The position numbers and the translations under genes were made by a program. Positions 9,678-17,666 of a stretch of 64,000 nucleotides of DNA are shown piece by piece. Below the pieces are notes generated by a model that was not told the DNA's origin, searched no databases, and worked only from the letters and a program-made list of their open reading frames with translations. Each line of letters begins with the position of its first letter. Position 1 is the stretch's first letter. Source of the stretch: Alphaproteobacteria bacterium (lineage in GTDB: Bacteria; Pseudomonadota; Alphaproteobacteria; Acetobacterales; Acetobacteraceae); NCBI GenBank assembly GCA_017307335.1, contig JAFKFJ010000182.1, positions 713 through 64,712 of the forward strand, in the 5' to 3' direction.

Positions 9678-10663
9678 AACGTCGCGACGTGGTGCGGGCG
9701 CTGCTCGTGCCGCAGGAGGGGCCGCAGGAGGGGTCGGGAGACGGGCCGGAAGAGGGTGGGCGCGCGCCGGCGCCGGCCGCCCCCCGCCGGGTGGCCGCGC
9801 ATGCGGTGCGTGCCATGGGGCTGCAGCTCGACCATCTGGCCGAGGCGGCGCGGGAGGCGGCCCGCCTCGGCGAGCAGCTCGCCGGCGGCGAGGCGGTGGT
9901 GGCTCTCGATCCGGTCCTGGTGGACCCGTCCTTCGCGACCGACCGGCTGGCCCGCACCGGCGACCGCGACTACCGGCGGCTCGTCGAGAGCCTGCGCGAG
10001 CGCGGTCAGCTGGTCCCGATCCTGGTCCGCCCGCACCCCGGGCGGCCAGGGCGCTACCAGGTCGCCTACGGCCATCGCCGGCTGGAGGCGGCCGCGGAGC
10101 TCGGCCTGCCCGTGAAGGCGGTGGTGCGCGTGCTCTCCGATGCCGAGCTGGTGGTCGCGCAGGGGCGCGAGAACGCCGAGCGGCGCAACCTCTCCTTCAT
10201 CGAGCGTGCCCTGTTCGCGGCACGCCTCGCCGCCGCCGGGTTCGACCGGGCGACCCTGAACGCCGCGCTCGGCGTGCACACGGCGGAGATGACGCGCCTG
10301 CTGACGGTCGCGGCAGGGGTGCCGGCGGAGGTGGCGCAGGCGATCGGCCCCGCCCCCAAGGCCGGGCGGCCGCGCTGGATGGCGTTTGTCAGCGCGCTCG
10401 CCGAGCCGGACGGGGCGGCGCGGATGTGGGACCTGATGGCTGAGCCGGCGTGGCAGCGGCTAGCGACCGACCGGCGGTTCGAAACCGCGCTCGCGGCCCT
10501 GGAAACCGCCGGGGAAAGCCCGCTGGAGGCTGGGGCGGCGCCAATCCGTGTTGAGCGGCGCGGCCCGATCCTGCACCTGACGATCGACGAGCGCCGTGCC
10601 CCGGGGCTCGGTCGCCTGGTGCTGGAACGGCTAGGCGACCTCGTCGTCGATGTTCCCGGCTGA
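9674..10663 (+). CDS. repB: plasmid partitioning protein RepB (ParB/Srx domain)
   Basis: ATG at 9674 overlaps the repA stop (ATGA). Contains LVPILVRPHP...YQVAYGHRRLEAA and RENAERRNLSFIERA. Only the 3' third of track ORF 8537..10663 is this gene. Confidence 0.8.
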   Translation: MKRRDVVRALLVPQEGPQEGSGDGPEEGGRAPAPAAPRRVAAHAVRAMGLQLDHLAEAAREAARLGEQLAGGEAVVALDPVLVDPSFATDRLARTGDRDYRRLVESLRERGQLVPILVRPHPGRPGRYQVAYGHRRLEAAAELGLPVKAVVRVLSDAELVVAQGRENAERRNLSFIERALFAARLAAAGFDRATLNAALGVHTAEMTRLLTVAAGVPAEVAQAIGPAPKAGRPRWMAFVSALAEPDGAARMWDLMAEPAWQRLATDRRFETALAALETAGESPLEAGAAPIRVERRGPILHLTIDERRAPGLGRLVLERLGDLVVDVPG

Positions 10664-11668
10664 GCCGGACCACAGCACCGCGGCGGGAAGGCCGGTGCCG
10701 CTCGCCCGGATGTAGCCGCGCATCACGCTCTGCGAGGCGTGGCGGGAATGCGCCATGATGTCCCGCTCATGCACGCGTGCCTCGGCGAGCGTGGTGATGC
10801 AGCCGGCGCGCAGGCTGTGCGGCGAGAGCGTGGCCAGGACGTTGGCCGACAGGCCGGCCGCCGCCGCGCGGGCGCGCAGGATGAGCCGCACCGATTCCGG
10901 CGTCAGCGGTGCGGCCCCGAGCGTGGTCCCGCGGCCGATCCGGCGGAAGACGCTGCCGCTCGCGATGCCGGCGGCGGTGAGCCAGCGGCGCAGGGCGCGC
11001 ACCGGGCAATCGCCGCCTGCCCGGTTGGCAGCGACATGCACATGGGCGCCGATGCCCGCCTGATCCTCCTTCGAGCGTGGCAGCCGGACGCTGACGCCAT
11101 CCGCCCCAAAGGCCAGGTCGTCGCAGCGGATGCCGACGAGTTCGCTGCGGCGGAAGGCGCCGGCGAACCCGACCAGCAGGAGGGCACGGTCGCGCAGCCC
11201 GCGCAGGTCTTCGCCGCAGGCCGCCGCGATGCGCAGGATCTGGTCGGTGCGCAGCGGGGCGGCCCGGCGGCGAGGGGCGCGGCCATGGGTGCGCACGATG
11301 CCGGCGACGGTCTCGCGCAGACCCGCATCGGTCACGTCGAAGCCGAGGCCGAGCAGACGATGGGCGCGGATGATCGCAGCCAGTCGGCACGAGAGCGTGC
11401 TTACCGAGCGCCGTCCGGCGAGTTCGGCGAGATGGTTGGCGACCAGCGGTGGCGGCGCCGGCAATGGCGGCAGATCGCGCGTGCGGCACCAGGCCTCCCA
11501 GGCGCGCAGATGGCTGCGATAGGCGCGGCGGGTCGCCGGCGCGAGCGCCGCGCGGGCGTACGATGCCGCGGCTTCGGAGAGTGGGAGCCGGTCCGGCGCG
11601 GCCGGGAGCCGATCCGGTGCCCGAAGGGCAAGCGCCTCCGCCGTTCTCAGCCGCTCGGGAAATGCCAT
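10631..11668 (-). CDS. tyrosine site-specific recombinase (phage integrase family)
   Basis: 345 aa. Catalytic region RDRALLLVGFAGAFRRSEL ... HSLRAGCIT ... HSRHAS...MRGYI (R..HxxR..Y). Its 3' end overlaps the repB 3' end by 33 nt, convergent. Confidence 0.85.
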   Translation of the reverse strand: MAFPERLRTAEALALRAPDRLPAAPDRLPLSEAAASYARAALAPATRRAYRSHLRAWEAWCRTRDLPPLPAPPPLVANHLAELAGRRSVSTLSCRLAAIIRAHRLLGLGFDVTDAGLRETVAGIVRTHGRAPRRRAAPLRTDQILRIAAACGEDLRGLRDRALLLVGFAGAFRRSELVGIRCDDLAFGADGVSVRLPRSKEDQAGIGAHVHVAANRAGGDCPVRALRRWLTAAGIASGSVFRRIGRGTTLGAAPLTPESVRLILRARAAAAGLSANVLATLSPHSLRAGCITTLAEARVHERDIMAHSRHASQSVMRGYIRASGTGLPAAVLWSGSAGNIDDEVA

Positions 11669-11725
11669 TGCGCGTGCCCGGATGTCGCGGTCCGCATGAT
11701 GTCACGCGAATCGATGCGGCGGTAG

Positions 11726-11751
11726 CTTGCGTTAAGCGCCCTTAACGCAAG
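11726..11751. repeat. inverted repeat CTTGCGTTAAG-CGCC-CTTAACGCAAG (11-bp arms, 4-bp spacer) in the recombinase/regulator divergent intergenic region
   Basis: Read directly. Followed by an unusually AT-richer stretch (11752-11850). Function unknown; operator or recombination site are candidates. Confidence 0.5.
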
Positions 11752-11939
11752 TGTCGCGCCAGTCCTGCAAAGGATCGGAAAGAGTTTCCTCTTTTAGGAT
11801 GCTTCTTCCGGAACTTGAGGCTTCCTTCCAAAGCCTTCCCGAAGGATCACGGCGCGCCTCCTGCCCCCGCGCGCCCTCGCGCTTGCGCGGGCGGCAAAAT
11901 GTCTGATAGGCAGACCGGCAAGGGGAGGACCAACGTCGC

Positions 11940-12674
11940 ATGGCGTCGCAGCGCGTCGCGCAGGAGCATATTCGCCCCGTCAGCCGTGCCACCCTCCCGC
12001 AGGGCATCGTCGATGCCATTGCCGAGTTGATCATGAAGGGCATCTGGAAGCCCGGCGACATGATCCCCTCGGAGAAGGAGCTTGCCGCCCGCTTCAATGT
12101 CGGCCGTTCCACCATCCGCGAGGCGGTGAAGGGCCTCGCCGTGCTCGGCGTGCTGGAAGCACGCGCCGGCGAGGGATCGTATATCCGAGAACCCAACTCC
12201 GAACTGCTCTCCGGCGCCTTCCGCTGGGGATTGCTGCTGAGCGAGCGCAATCTCGACGATCTTCTCGACGTGCGGGTGCTGGTGGAGGTCGAGGGCGCGG
12301 GCCGGGCCGCGCGCAACGGCACGGCGACGGCAGCCGCGGCCCTGCGCGAGACGCTCGAGCGCACGCGCCCGCTGCCGCACGACGACCCGGGTCTGCTCGC
12401 GCTCGACAACCGGTTTCACACCGAGATCGCCGAGATGGCGGGCAACCGCATCTTCGCCAGCATCGCCTCGACCATCCAGGTGATCGTGCGGCTCTGGCAT
12501 CCGCCGGCCTACTATGTGCCGGAGACCAAGGACGTCACCTACGCCGAGCACCTTGCCATCGCGCGCGCGATCACCGACCGCGACGAAGCGGCGGCGCGCG
12601 CGGCGATGCGCGAACATCTGCTGAAGGCGGCGGCACGGCTGGAACGTGTCATGGCGGCACGGCAGCCGGCATGA
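11940..12674 (+). CDS. GntR-family transcriptional regulator, FadR subfamily (FCD domain)
   Basis: N-terminal wHTH PSEKELAARFNVGRSTIREAVKGLAVLGVLEARAGEGSYI. Helical C-terminal FCD-like domain (FHTEIAEMAGN). Confidence 0.85.
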   Translation: MASQRVAQEHIRPVSRATLPQGIVDAIAELIMKGIWKPGDMIPSEKELAARFNVGRSTIREAVKGLAVLGVLEARAGEGSYIREPNSELLSGAFRWGLLLSERNLDDLLDVRVLVEVEGAGRAARNGTATAAAALRETLERTRPLPHDDPGLLALDNRFHTEIAEMAGNRIFASIASTIQVIVRLWHPPAYYVPETKDVTYAEHLAIARAITDRDEAAARAAMREHLLKAAARLERVMAARQPA

Positions 12675-12734
12675 GTGGCCCGCCACGACGGCCCGCCGGA
12701 AGAACGAACCAACGACAAGGGAGGAGAAGCAACG

Positions 12735-13919
12735 ATGCCTCGTGCTAGAATTCGCGCCGCCGGCCGATGGGTCGCCGGCATCGCCGTGCTCGGCGCGGCG
12801 AGCCTCGCGCCGATCGCGCCGGGCCACGCCAAGACCCGTGCCGAGCCTTTCCCCGCGTGGCCCGAGCCACAGGTCGAGCAGACCATGACGGTCGACCAGG
12901 CGAAGACGATCGTGGCGGCGCGCACCAAGCCGCAGACCGAATGGCACGGTCCGACCAGCGGCCCGCGTGCGAGCACCGAGAAGGTGACGATCGCCTGGGT
13001 CTCGGGCGACGAGTCCTATTCCACGTATATCGGCTGGGGCAACGGCGTGCGGCAGGCGGCGAAGGCGCTGGGCTGGGCCGTCGCCACGTTCAACGGCCAG
13101 GGCACGGTGAGCGGCCAGCTCGCGGCGATGCAGCAGGCACTGGCCTCCAACCCGACCGCGATCATCACCCCCGCCGACGCCAACGCGCTGCAGAAGCCGA
13201 TCAAGGAGGCCATCGAACATGGCATCCCGGTGATCGGCATTCACGCGACCGCCTTTCCCGGCCCGCATCCCGATCTCGGCCTCTACCAGAACATCGCTTC
13301 CAGCCCGGCCGAGATCGGCCAGTCGCAGGCCGCCTACGTGATCGCGATGTCGAACGGCACCGCCCGGCTCATCCACATGGTCGACAACAGCTTCGCGATC
13401 GCCCGCTTCAAGGCGCGCGCGGCGACCGAGCCGGTGATCCACTGCAAGGGCTGCAAGTTCCTGGAGATGGTCAACGTGCCGATCGGCGACCTCGCCGCGC
13501 GCGTGGCCCCCACCGTCACCGGCCTGCTCGGCCGCTACGGCGACGGCTGGTGGATGACAACCTGCTGCGACGACTACTACCCGTACGTTGCCGCCTCGCT
13601 GCACGCGGCCGGCGTGCCGCCCGCCAAGGCGCATCTGGTCGGCGCCGACGCCCCGCCTGCGACCTACGACCTCATCCGCCGCGGCAACTACGAGGTCGCG
13701 AGCGTGCCGGAGCCCAGCTCGCTGTTCGGCTACGAGGCGGTGGACGCGGTCGTGCACGCCATGGCGGGCGAGGCGCCGGCGAAGTTCGTGCAGCCCACCT
13801 ACATCATCACCAAGGAGAACGTGGACGCCGAGGGCGGCAAGAACAAGGAGTTCGTGCCCAGCAACAACTTCTCGTGCCACTACCTGAACATCTGGAAGGG
13901 CACGAACAATCCCTGCTGA
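12735..13919 (+). CDS. sugar ABC transporter substrate-binding protein (periplasmic binding protein type I)
   Basis: ATG at 12735 after GGAGGAGAAG. Signal peptide ending PGHA. Part of a sugar ABC operon. Confidence 0.8.
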   Translation: MPRARIRAAGRWVAGIAVLGAASLAPIAPGHAKTRAEPFPAWPEPQVEQTMTVDQAKTIVAARTKPQTEWHGPTSGPRASTEKVTIAWVSGDESYSTYIGWGNGVRQAAKALGWAVATFNGQGTVSGQLAAMQQALASNPTAIITPADANALQKPIKEAIEHGIPVIGIHATAFPGPHPDLGLYQNIASSPAEIGQSQAAYVIAMSNGTARLIHMVDNSFAIARFKARAATEPVIHCKGCKFLEMVNVPIGDLAARVAPTVTGLLGRYGDGWWMTTCCDDYYPYVAASLHAAGVPPAKAHLVGADAPPATYDLIRRGNYEVASVPEPSSLFGYEAVDAVVHAMAGEAPAKFVQPTYIITKENVDAEGGKNKEFVPSNNFSCHYLNIWKGTNNPC

Positions 13920-13980
13920 GCCGGTCCTCGCGATCGCCGGGCTGAGCAAGCGCTTCGCCGGCACGCTCGCGCTCGACCAC

Positions 13981-15435
13981 GTGGATCTCGCCGTCGGTCC
14001 CGGCGAGATCCACGCGCTGGTCGGCGAGAACGGCGCGGGGAAATCGACGCTGATCAAGATCCTCGCCGGCGTGCATCAGGCCTACGCCGGCGAGGTGCGG
14101 CTGCTGGGCGAGCGGGTTGATCCCTACGGCGCGTCGCTGCCGCTGTCGTTCGTGCACCAGGACCTCGGGCTCGTCGATGAACTGAGCGTCGGCGAGAACG
14201 TGGCCCTGGTCGCGGGCTTCCCGCGCCAAGCCGGCCTGATCGACTGGCCGCGCGTCTGGGCGCGGGCGCGCGAGATCTATCTCGCCATGGCGGTGGCACC
14301 GCCCGATCCGCGCCTGCCCGTGGGTGCCCTGTCGGCGGCGAGCAAGGCGGTGCTCGGCATCGTCCGCGCGCTGGCGCGGCAGGCGCGCGTGGTGGTGCTC
14401 GACGAGCCGACGGCGGCGCTGCCGGAGCCGGATGCGGCGCATCTGTTCGACGTGCTGCGCCGGCTGCGCGCCTCGGGGTGCAGCGTGATCTACGTGTCGC
14501 ACCGCCTGGGCGAGCTGTTCGGACTCGCCGACCGCGTCACGGTGCTGCGCGACGGGCGGCGCGTGCGGGCGGCGGCGATGGCGGAGATCACGCCGCAGCA
14601 ACTGGTGGAGGACATGCTCGGCCGCAGCCTGGAGCTGCACCATGCGGCGCACCCGGTGGAAAACCACGCGCGCCCCCTGCTCGCGGTCGCGGCGCTCGAG
14701 AATGCGCAGGCGGGGCCGGTGAGCTTCCAGATCGGCGCGGGCGAGATCGTGGGCCTGGTCGGGCTGCGCGGCGCCGGGCACGAGGCGATCGGGCGCATGA
14801 TCTTCGGCGCGCTGCGGCCCCGCGGCGGCGAGATCCGGCTCGATGGCACGCTGCTGCCGGCGGGGGAGGATGTCGCAGCGCGGATCGCGCGCGGCGTCGC
14901 GCTGCTGCCCGGCGACCGGGGGCGGGAGAGCGCGCTCGGCGGGATGTCGCTGATCGAGAATCTCCTGCCCAGTGCCGCGATCGGCGGGCAGCGCAGCTGG
15001 CGGCCGCTGCTGCCGGCGCGCGAGCGGCGGCGGGCGCAGGCGGTCCTCGACCGGCTCGACGTGCGTCCGCGCGATCCGGCGGCGCTGATCGACTGGCTCA
15101 GCGGCGGCAACCAGCAGAAGGTCTTCGTCGGCCGCTGGCTGGAGGCGAAGGCGCGGCTGTATGTCATGGAGGAGCCGACGGCGGGGATCGATATCGGCGC
15201 GAAATTCGCGATCCATGGCCTGCTCGCCGACGTGGCGCGGGGCGGGGCGGGGATCCTTGTGGTCTCTTCGGATTTCGAGGAAGTGGCGGCCCTCTGCGAC
15301 CGCGCGCTGGTGATCGGGCGCGCGCGGATCACCTCGGAACTGCGCGGGCCGGGGCTGACGGTGGACAATCTGGTGGCTCACGCCTCGATCGGCGCGGGAG
15401 CCGAGGCAGGAGCGGGAGCGAGCGGCGGTGGATGA
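13981..15435 (+). CDS. sugar ABC transporter ATP-binding protein (two fused ABC domains, RbsA/MglA-like)
   Basis: Walker A GENGAGKST lies only about 14 aa after the tracked GTG, and a second ABC domain follows. The conserved N-terminus PVLAIAGLSKRFAGTLALDHV lies upstream in frame, with no ATG/GTG/TTG back to the in-frame stop at 13885. The true start is probably upstream, for example ATC 13909. Confidence 0.8.
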   Translation: MDLAVGPGEIHALVGENGAGKSTLIKILAGVHQAYAGEVRLLGERVDPYGASLPLSFVHQDLGLVDELSVGENVALVAGFPRQAGLIDWPRVWARAREIYLAMAVAPPDPRLPVGALSAASKAVLGIVRALARQARVVVLDEPTAALPEPDAAHLFDVLRRLRASGCSVIYVSHRLGELFGLADRVTVLRDGRRVRAAAMAEITPQQLVEDMLGRSLELHHAAHPVENHARPLLAVAALENAQAGPVSFQIGAGEIVGLVGLRGAGHEAIGRMIFGALRPRGGEIRLDGTLLPAGEDVAARIARGVALLPGDRGRESALGGMSLIENLLPSAAIGGQRSWRPLLPARERRRAQAVLDRLDVRPRDPAALIDWLSGGNQQKVFVGRWLEAKARLYVMEEPTAGIDIGAKFAIHGLLADVARGGAGILVVSSDFEEVAALCDRALVIGRARITSELRGPGLTVDNLVAHASIGAGAEAGAGASGGG

Positions 15436-16480
15436 ACAGGTGAGCACCAACGAGCGGCTGGCCGACACCGCCGCGGCGCGGCCGCACGCCTCCGGCCGGC
15501 TCGCCGATCTGACCGCCGTCTACGGGCTTGCGGTCGTGTTCGTGCTGGTCATGGTGGTGTTCGGCATCCTCCGGCCCAACAGCTTCTTCAGCACCATGAA
15601 CATGAACGCGGTGCTGGTCGGGCAGTCGGTGACGGCGATGCTGGCGCTGGCCGAGATGGTGCCGCTGGCGACGCGCCAGTTCGACCTGTCGGTGGGCTTC
15701 CATCTCGGCATGGCGCATGTCCTGATGATCGGGCTGCAGGTGCAGCAGAACCTGTCCTGGCCGGCGGCCGCCGCGATCGTGCTTGCGGTGGCGCTGCTGG
15801 TGGGCGCGCTCAACGGCATCCTCATCACGCGCTTCGGCATCGACAGCTTCATCGCCACGATGGGCCTCGGCACGCTGCTCTACGGCGTTTCCAACTGGTA
15901 CAGCGGCGGGGCGCAGATCACCGGGCTCAACCTGCCCGCGAGCTTCGCCAACCTCACCGAGGTGATCGGGTACATCCCGCTGCCAGCGGTCTATGTCGCG
16001 ATCGTCGCCGTGATTCTCTGGGTGGTCACGGAACGGCTGCCGGTCGGGCGCGCCCTCTACGTGATCGGCGCGAGCCCGCGGGCGGCGGAGCTGCTGGGCA
16101 TCCGCACGAAGCTCTATATCGGGGGCGCGTTCGTCACCTCGGGCCTGCTGAGCGGCATTGCCGGCATCATGCTGGCGAGCATCCTGGGGACCGGCACGCC
16201 TTCGGTGGGGCCGGAATACCTGCTGCCGGCCTTCGCCTCCACGCTGCTCGGCGCGACCTCGATCCATCCCGGGCGGGTGAACGTGATCGGCACGCTGCTG
16301 GCGGTGCTGATCCTGGCGTTCTCCTTCTCCGGCGTGCAGCAGCTCGGGGCGGCGTTCTATGTGCAGTATTTCTTCAACGGCGGCATCCTGATCGTGGCCG
16401 TCGGGCTCTCGGTCTATGCCGCCGCGCGGCGGCGCGCGCTCGCCGCCGCCGGCGCGGGCAAGGCCGGCGCCGCGGACTGA
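15428..16480 (+). CDS. sugar ABC transporter permease (RbsC/AraH family)
   Basis: 350 aa polytopic membrane protein. Overlaps the upstream ATPase stop. Confidence 0.85.
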   Translation: MDEQVSTNERLADTAAARPHASGRLADLTAVYGLAVVFVLVMVVFGILRPNSFFSTMNMNAVLVGQSVTAMLALAEMVPLATRQFDLSVGFHLGMAHVLMIGLQVQQNLSWPAAAAIVLAVALLVGALNGILITRFGIDSFIATMGLGTLLYGVSNWYSGGAQITGLNLPASFANLTEVIGYIPLPAVYVAIVAVILWVVTERLPVGRALYVIGASPRAAELLGIRTKLYIGGAFVTSGLLSGIAGIMLASILGTGTPSVGPEYLLPAFASTLLGATSIHPGRVNVIGTLLAVLILAFSFSGVQQLGAAFYVQYFFNGGILIVAVGLSVYAAARRRALAAAGAGKAGAAD

Positions 16481-16506
16481 TGCAGGGGAGGGGGGAGAGG
16501 ATCGCC

Positions 16507-17418
16507 ATGGACGACGCATTCGAGGTCATCGACCCGCGCTTTCGCCAGTACAGCATTCCCATCGTCTGGCTGGAGAAGCTGCATGGCGGGATGCGCTGGG
16601 CGGAGGGGCCGGTCTATTTCGCCGACCTGCGCTGCCTGATCTGGAGCGACCTGCCGAACAACCGCATGCTGCGGCTGGACGAGGAGAGCGGCGCCGTCAG
16701 CACCTTCCGCGCGCCGTCGAACTATGCCAACGGCAACACCCGCGACCGCGAAGGCCGGCTCGTCACCTGCGAACATCACACGCGCCGGGTGACGCGCACC
16801 GAGCATGACGGCACGATCACCGTGATCGCCGACCGCTATCAGGGCAAGCGGCTGAATTCGCCGAACGACGTGGTGGTGCGTGCCGACGGCACGATCTGGT
16901 TCACCGATCCCAGCTACGGCATCTCCGCCGAATACGAGGGCGGCAAGGCGGAGAGCGAGATCGGCGCCTGCAACGTCTATCGCTTCGATCCGCGCGACGG
17001 CAGCCTGCGGGTGGTCGCCGACGACTTCAAGCGCCCGAACGGGCTGGCGTTCTCGCCCGACGAAAGCCTGCTCTACATCGCCGATTCCGGCTTCTGGCCG
17101 AACCCGGAGTGGCCGCACCATATCCGCGCGTTCACGGCGGGCGATGACGGGAGGCTCGGCGGCGGACAGGTGCTGGCGGACATCGCGCCCGGCATCGCGG
17201 ACGGGTTCCGCGTCGACAGCGACGGCAACATCTGGACCAGCGCCGGTGACGGCGTGCAGTGCATCACGCCGCAGGGCGAGCTGATCGGAAAAATCCGGGT
17301 GCCGGAGAAGGTCGCGAACGTGGCGTTCGGCGGACCGCAGCGGAACCGTCTCTATATCTGCGGGCACACCTCGCTCTACGCCATCTACGTCAACGCACGC
17401 GGCGCGATGCGGCCGTAG
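16507..17418 (+). CDS. SMP-30/gluconolactonase/LRE family protein
   Basis: ATG at 16507. Motifs EGPVYF, NGNTRD, LNSPNDVVV, WFTDP, PNGLAFSPDE, DGFRVD. Confidence 0.8.
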   Translation: MDDAFEVIDPRFRQYSIPIVWLEKLHGGMRWAEGPVYFADLRCLIWSDLPNNRMLRLDEESGAVSTFRAPSNYANGNTRDREGRLVTCEHHTRRVTRTEHDGTITVIADRYQGKRLNSPNDVVVRADGTIWFTDPSYGISAEYEGGKAESEIGACNVYRFDPRDGSLRVVADDFKRPNGLAFSPDESLLYIADSGFWPNPEWPHHIRAFTAGDDGRLGGGQVLADIAPGIADGFRVDSDGNIWTSAGDGVQCITPQGELIGKIRVPEKVANVAFGGPQRNRLYICGHTSLYAIYVNARGAMRP

Positions 17419-17420
17419 CC

Positions 17421-17495
17421 GGCCCTCACCCCGACCCTCTCCCGCTCGGCGGGAGAGGGAGGGGCCCATCGCGCAGCGATGGGAGGGTGAGGGCC
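17421..17495. repeat. REP-like GC-rich element predicted to fold as a three-way junction, directly after the lactonase stop (possible terminator)
   Basis: Outer stem GGCCCTCACCC (17421-17431) pairs with GGGTGAGGGCC (17485-17495). Inner hairpins: CCCTCTCCCGC-TCG-GCGGGAGAGGG (17435-17459) and CCCATCGC-GCA-GCGATGGG (17465-17483). Confidence 0.6.
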
Positions 17496-17606
17496 CAACC
17501 CCCCGCGTCCCATCCCCACACTCCGGTCCCACACACTCCGGCCCCGCCTGGACCTGCTTCGCGCCGGCGGCGCCCGATGCCTGTCCGGGGGCGCAAGGGC
17601 GTACCT

Positions 17607-17627
17607 TGCAAATGCGAGTGAGTTGCA
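17607..17627. promoter_or_regulatory. candidate iron-regulator operator upstream of fbpA (TGCAAATGCGAGTGAGTTGCA)
   Basis: AT-richer palindromic site 40 nt upstream of the fbpA GTG. Shares AATGCGA-N-T-N-AGT-N-GCA (14 of 17 positions) with the site at 21387-21417. Confidence 0.4.
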
Positions 17628-17666
17628 GGTATTTGGGCACGCCCTGACGAGTCCCGGAGGTTCAGC

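Noticed and set aside
10664-11940. Search for repC or a ctRNA region downstream of repB
   Set aside because: The only convincing gene here is the convergent tyrosine recombinase. The other ORFs (10739..11725 and 10767..11705) are Arg-rich shadows. repC is therefore reported as absent from the window, not as found.
11847-15468. Minus-strand ORFs 11847..14057 (736 aa) and 13807..15468 (553 aa)
   Set aside because: Arg/Asp/Gly-rich shadows antisense to the GntR regulator, sugar-binding protein and ABC ATPase.
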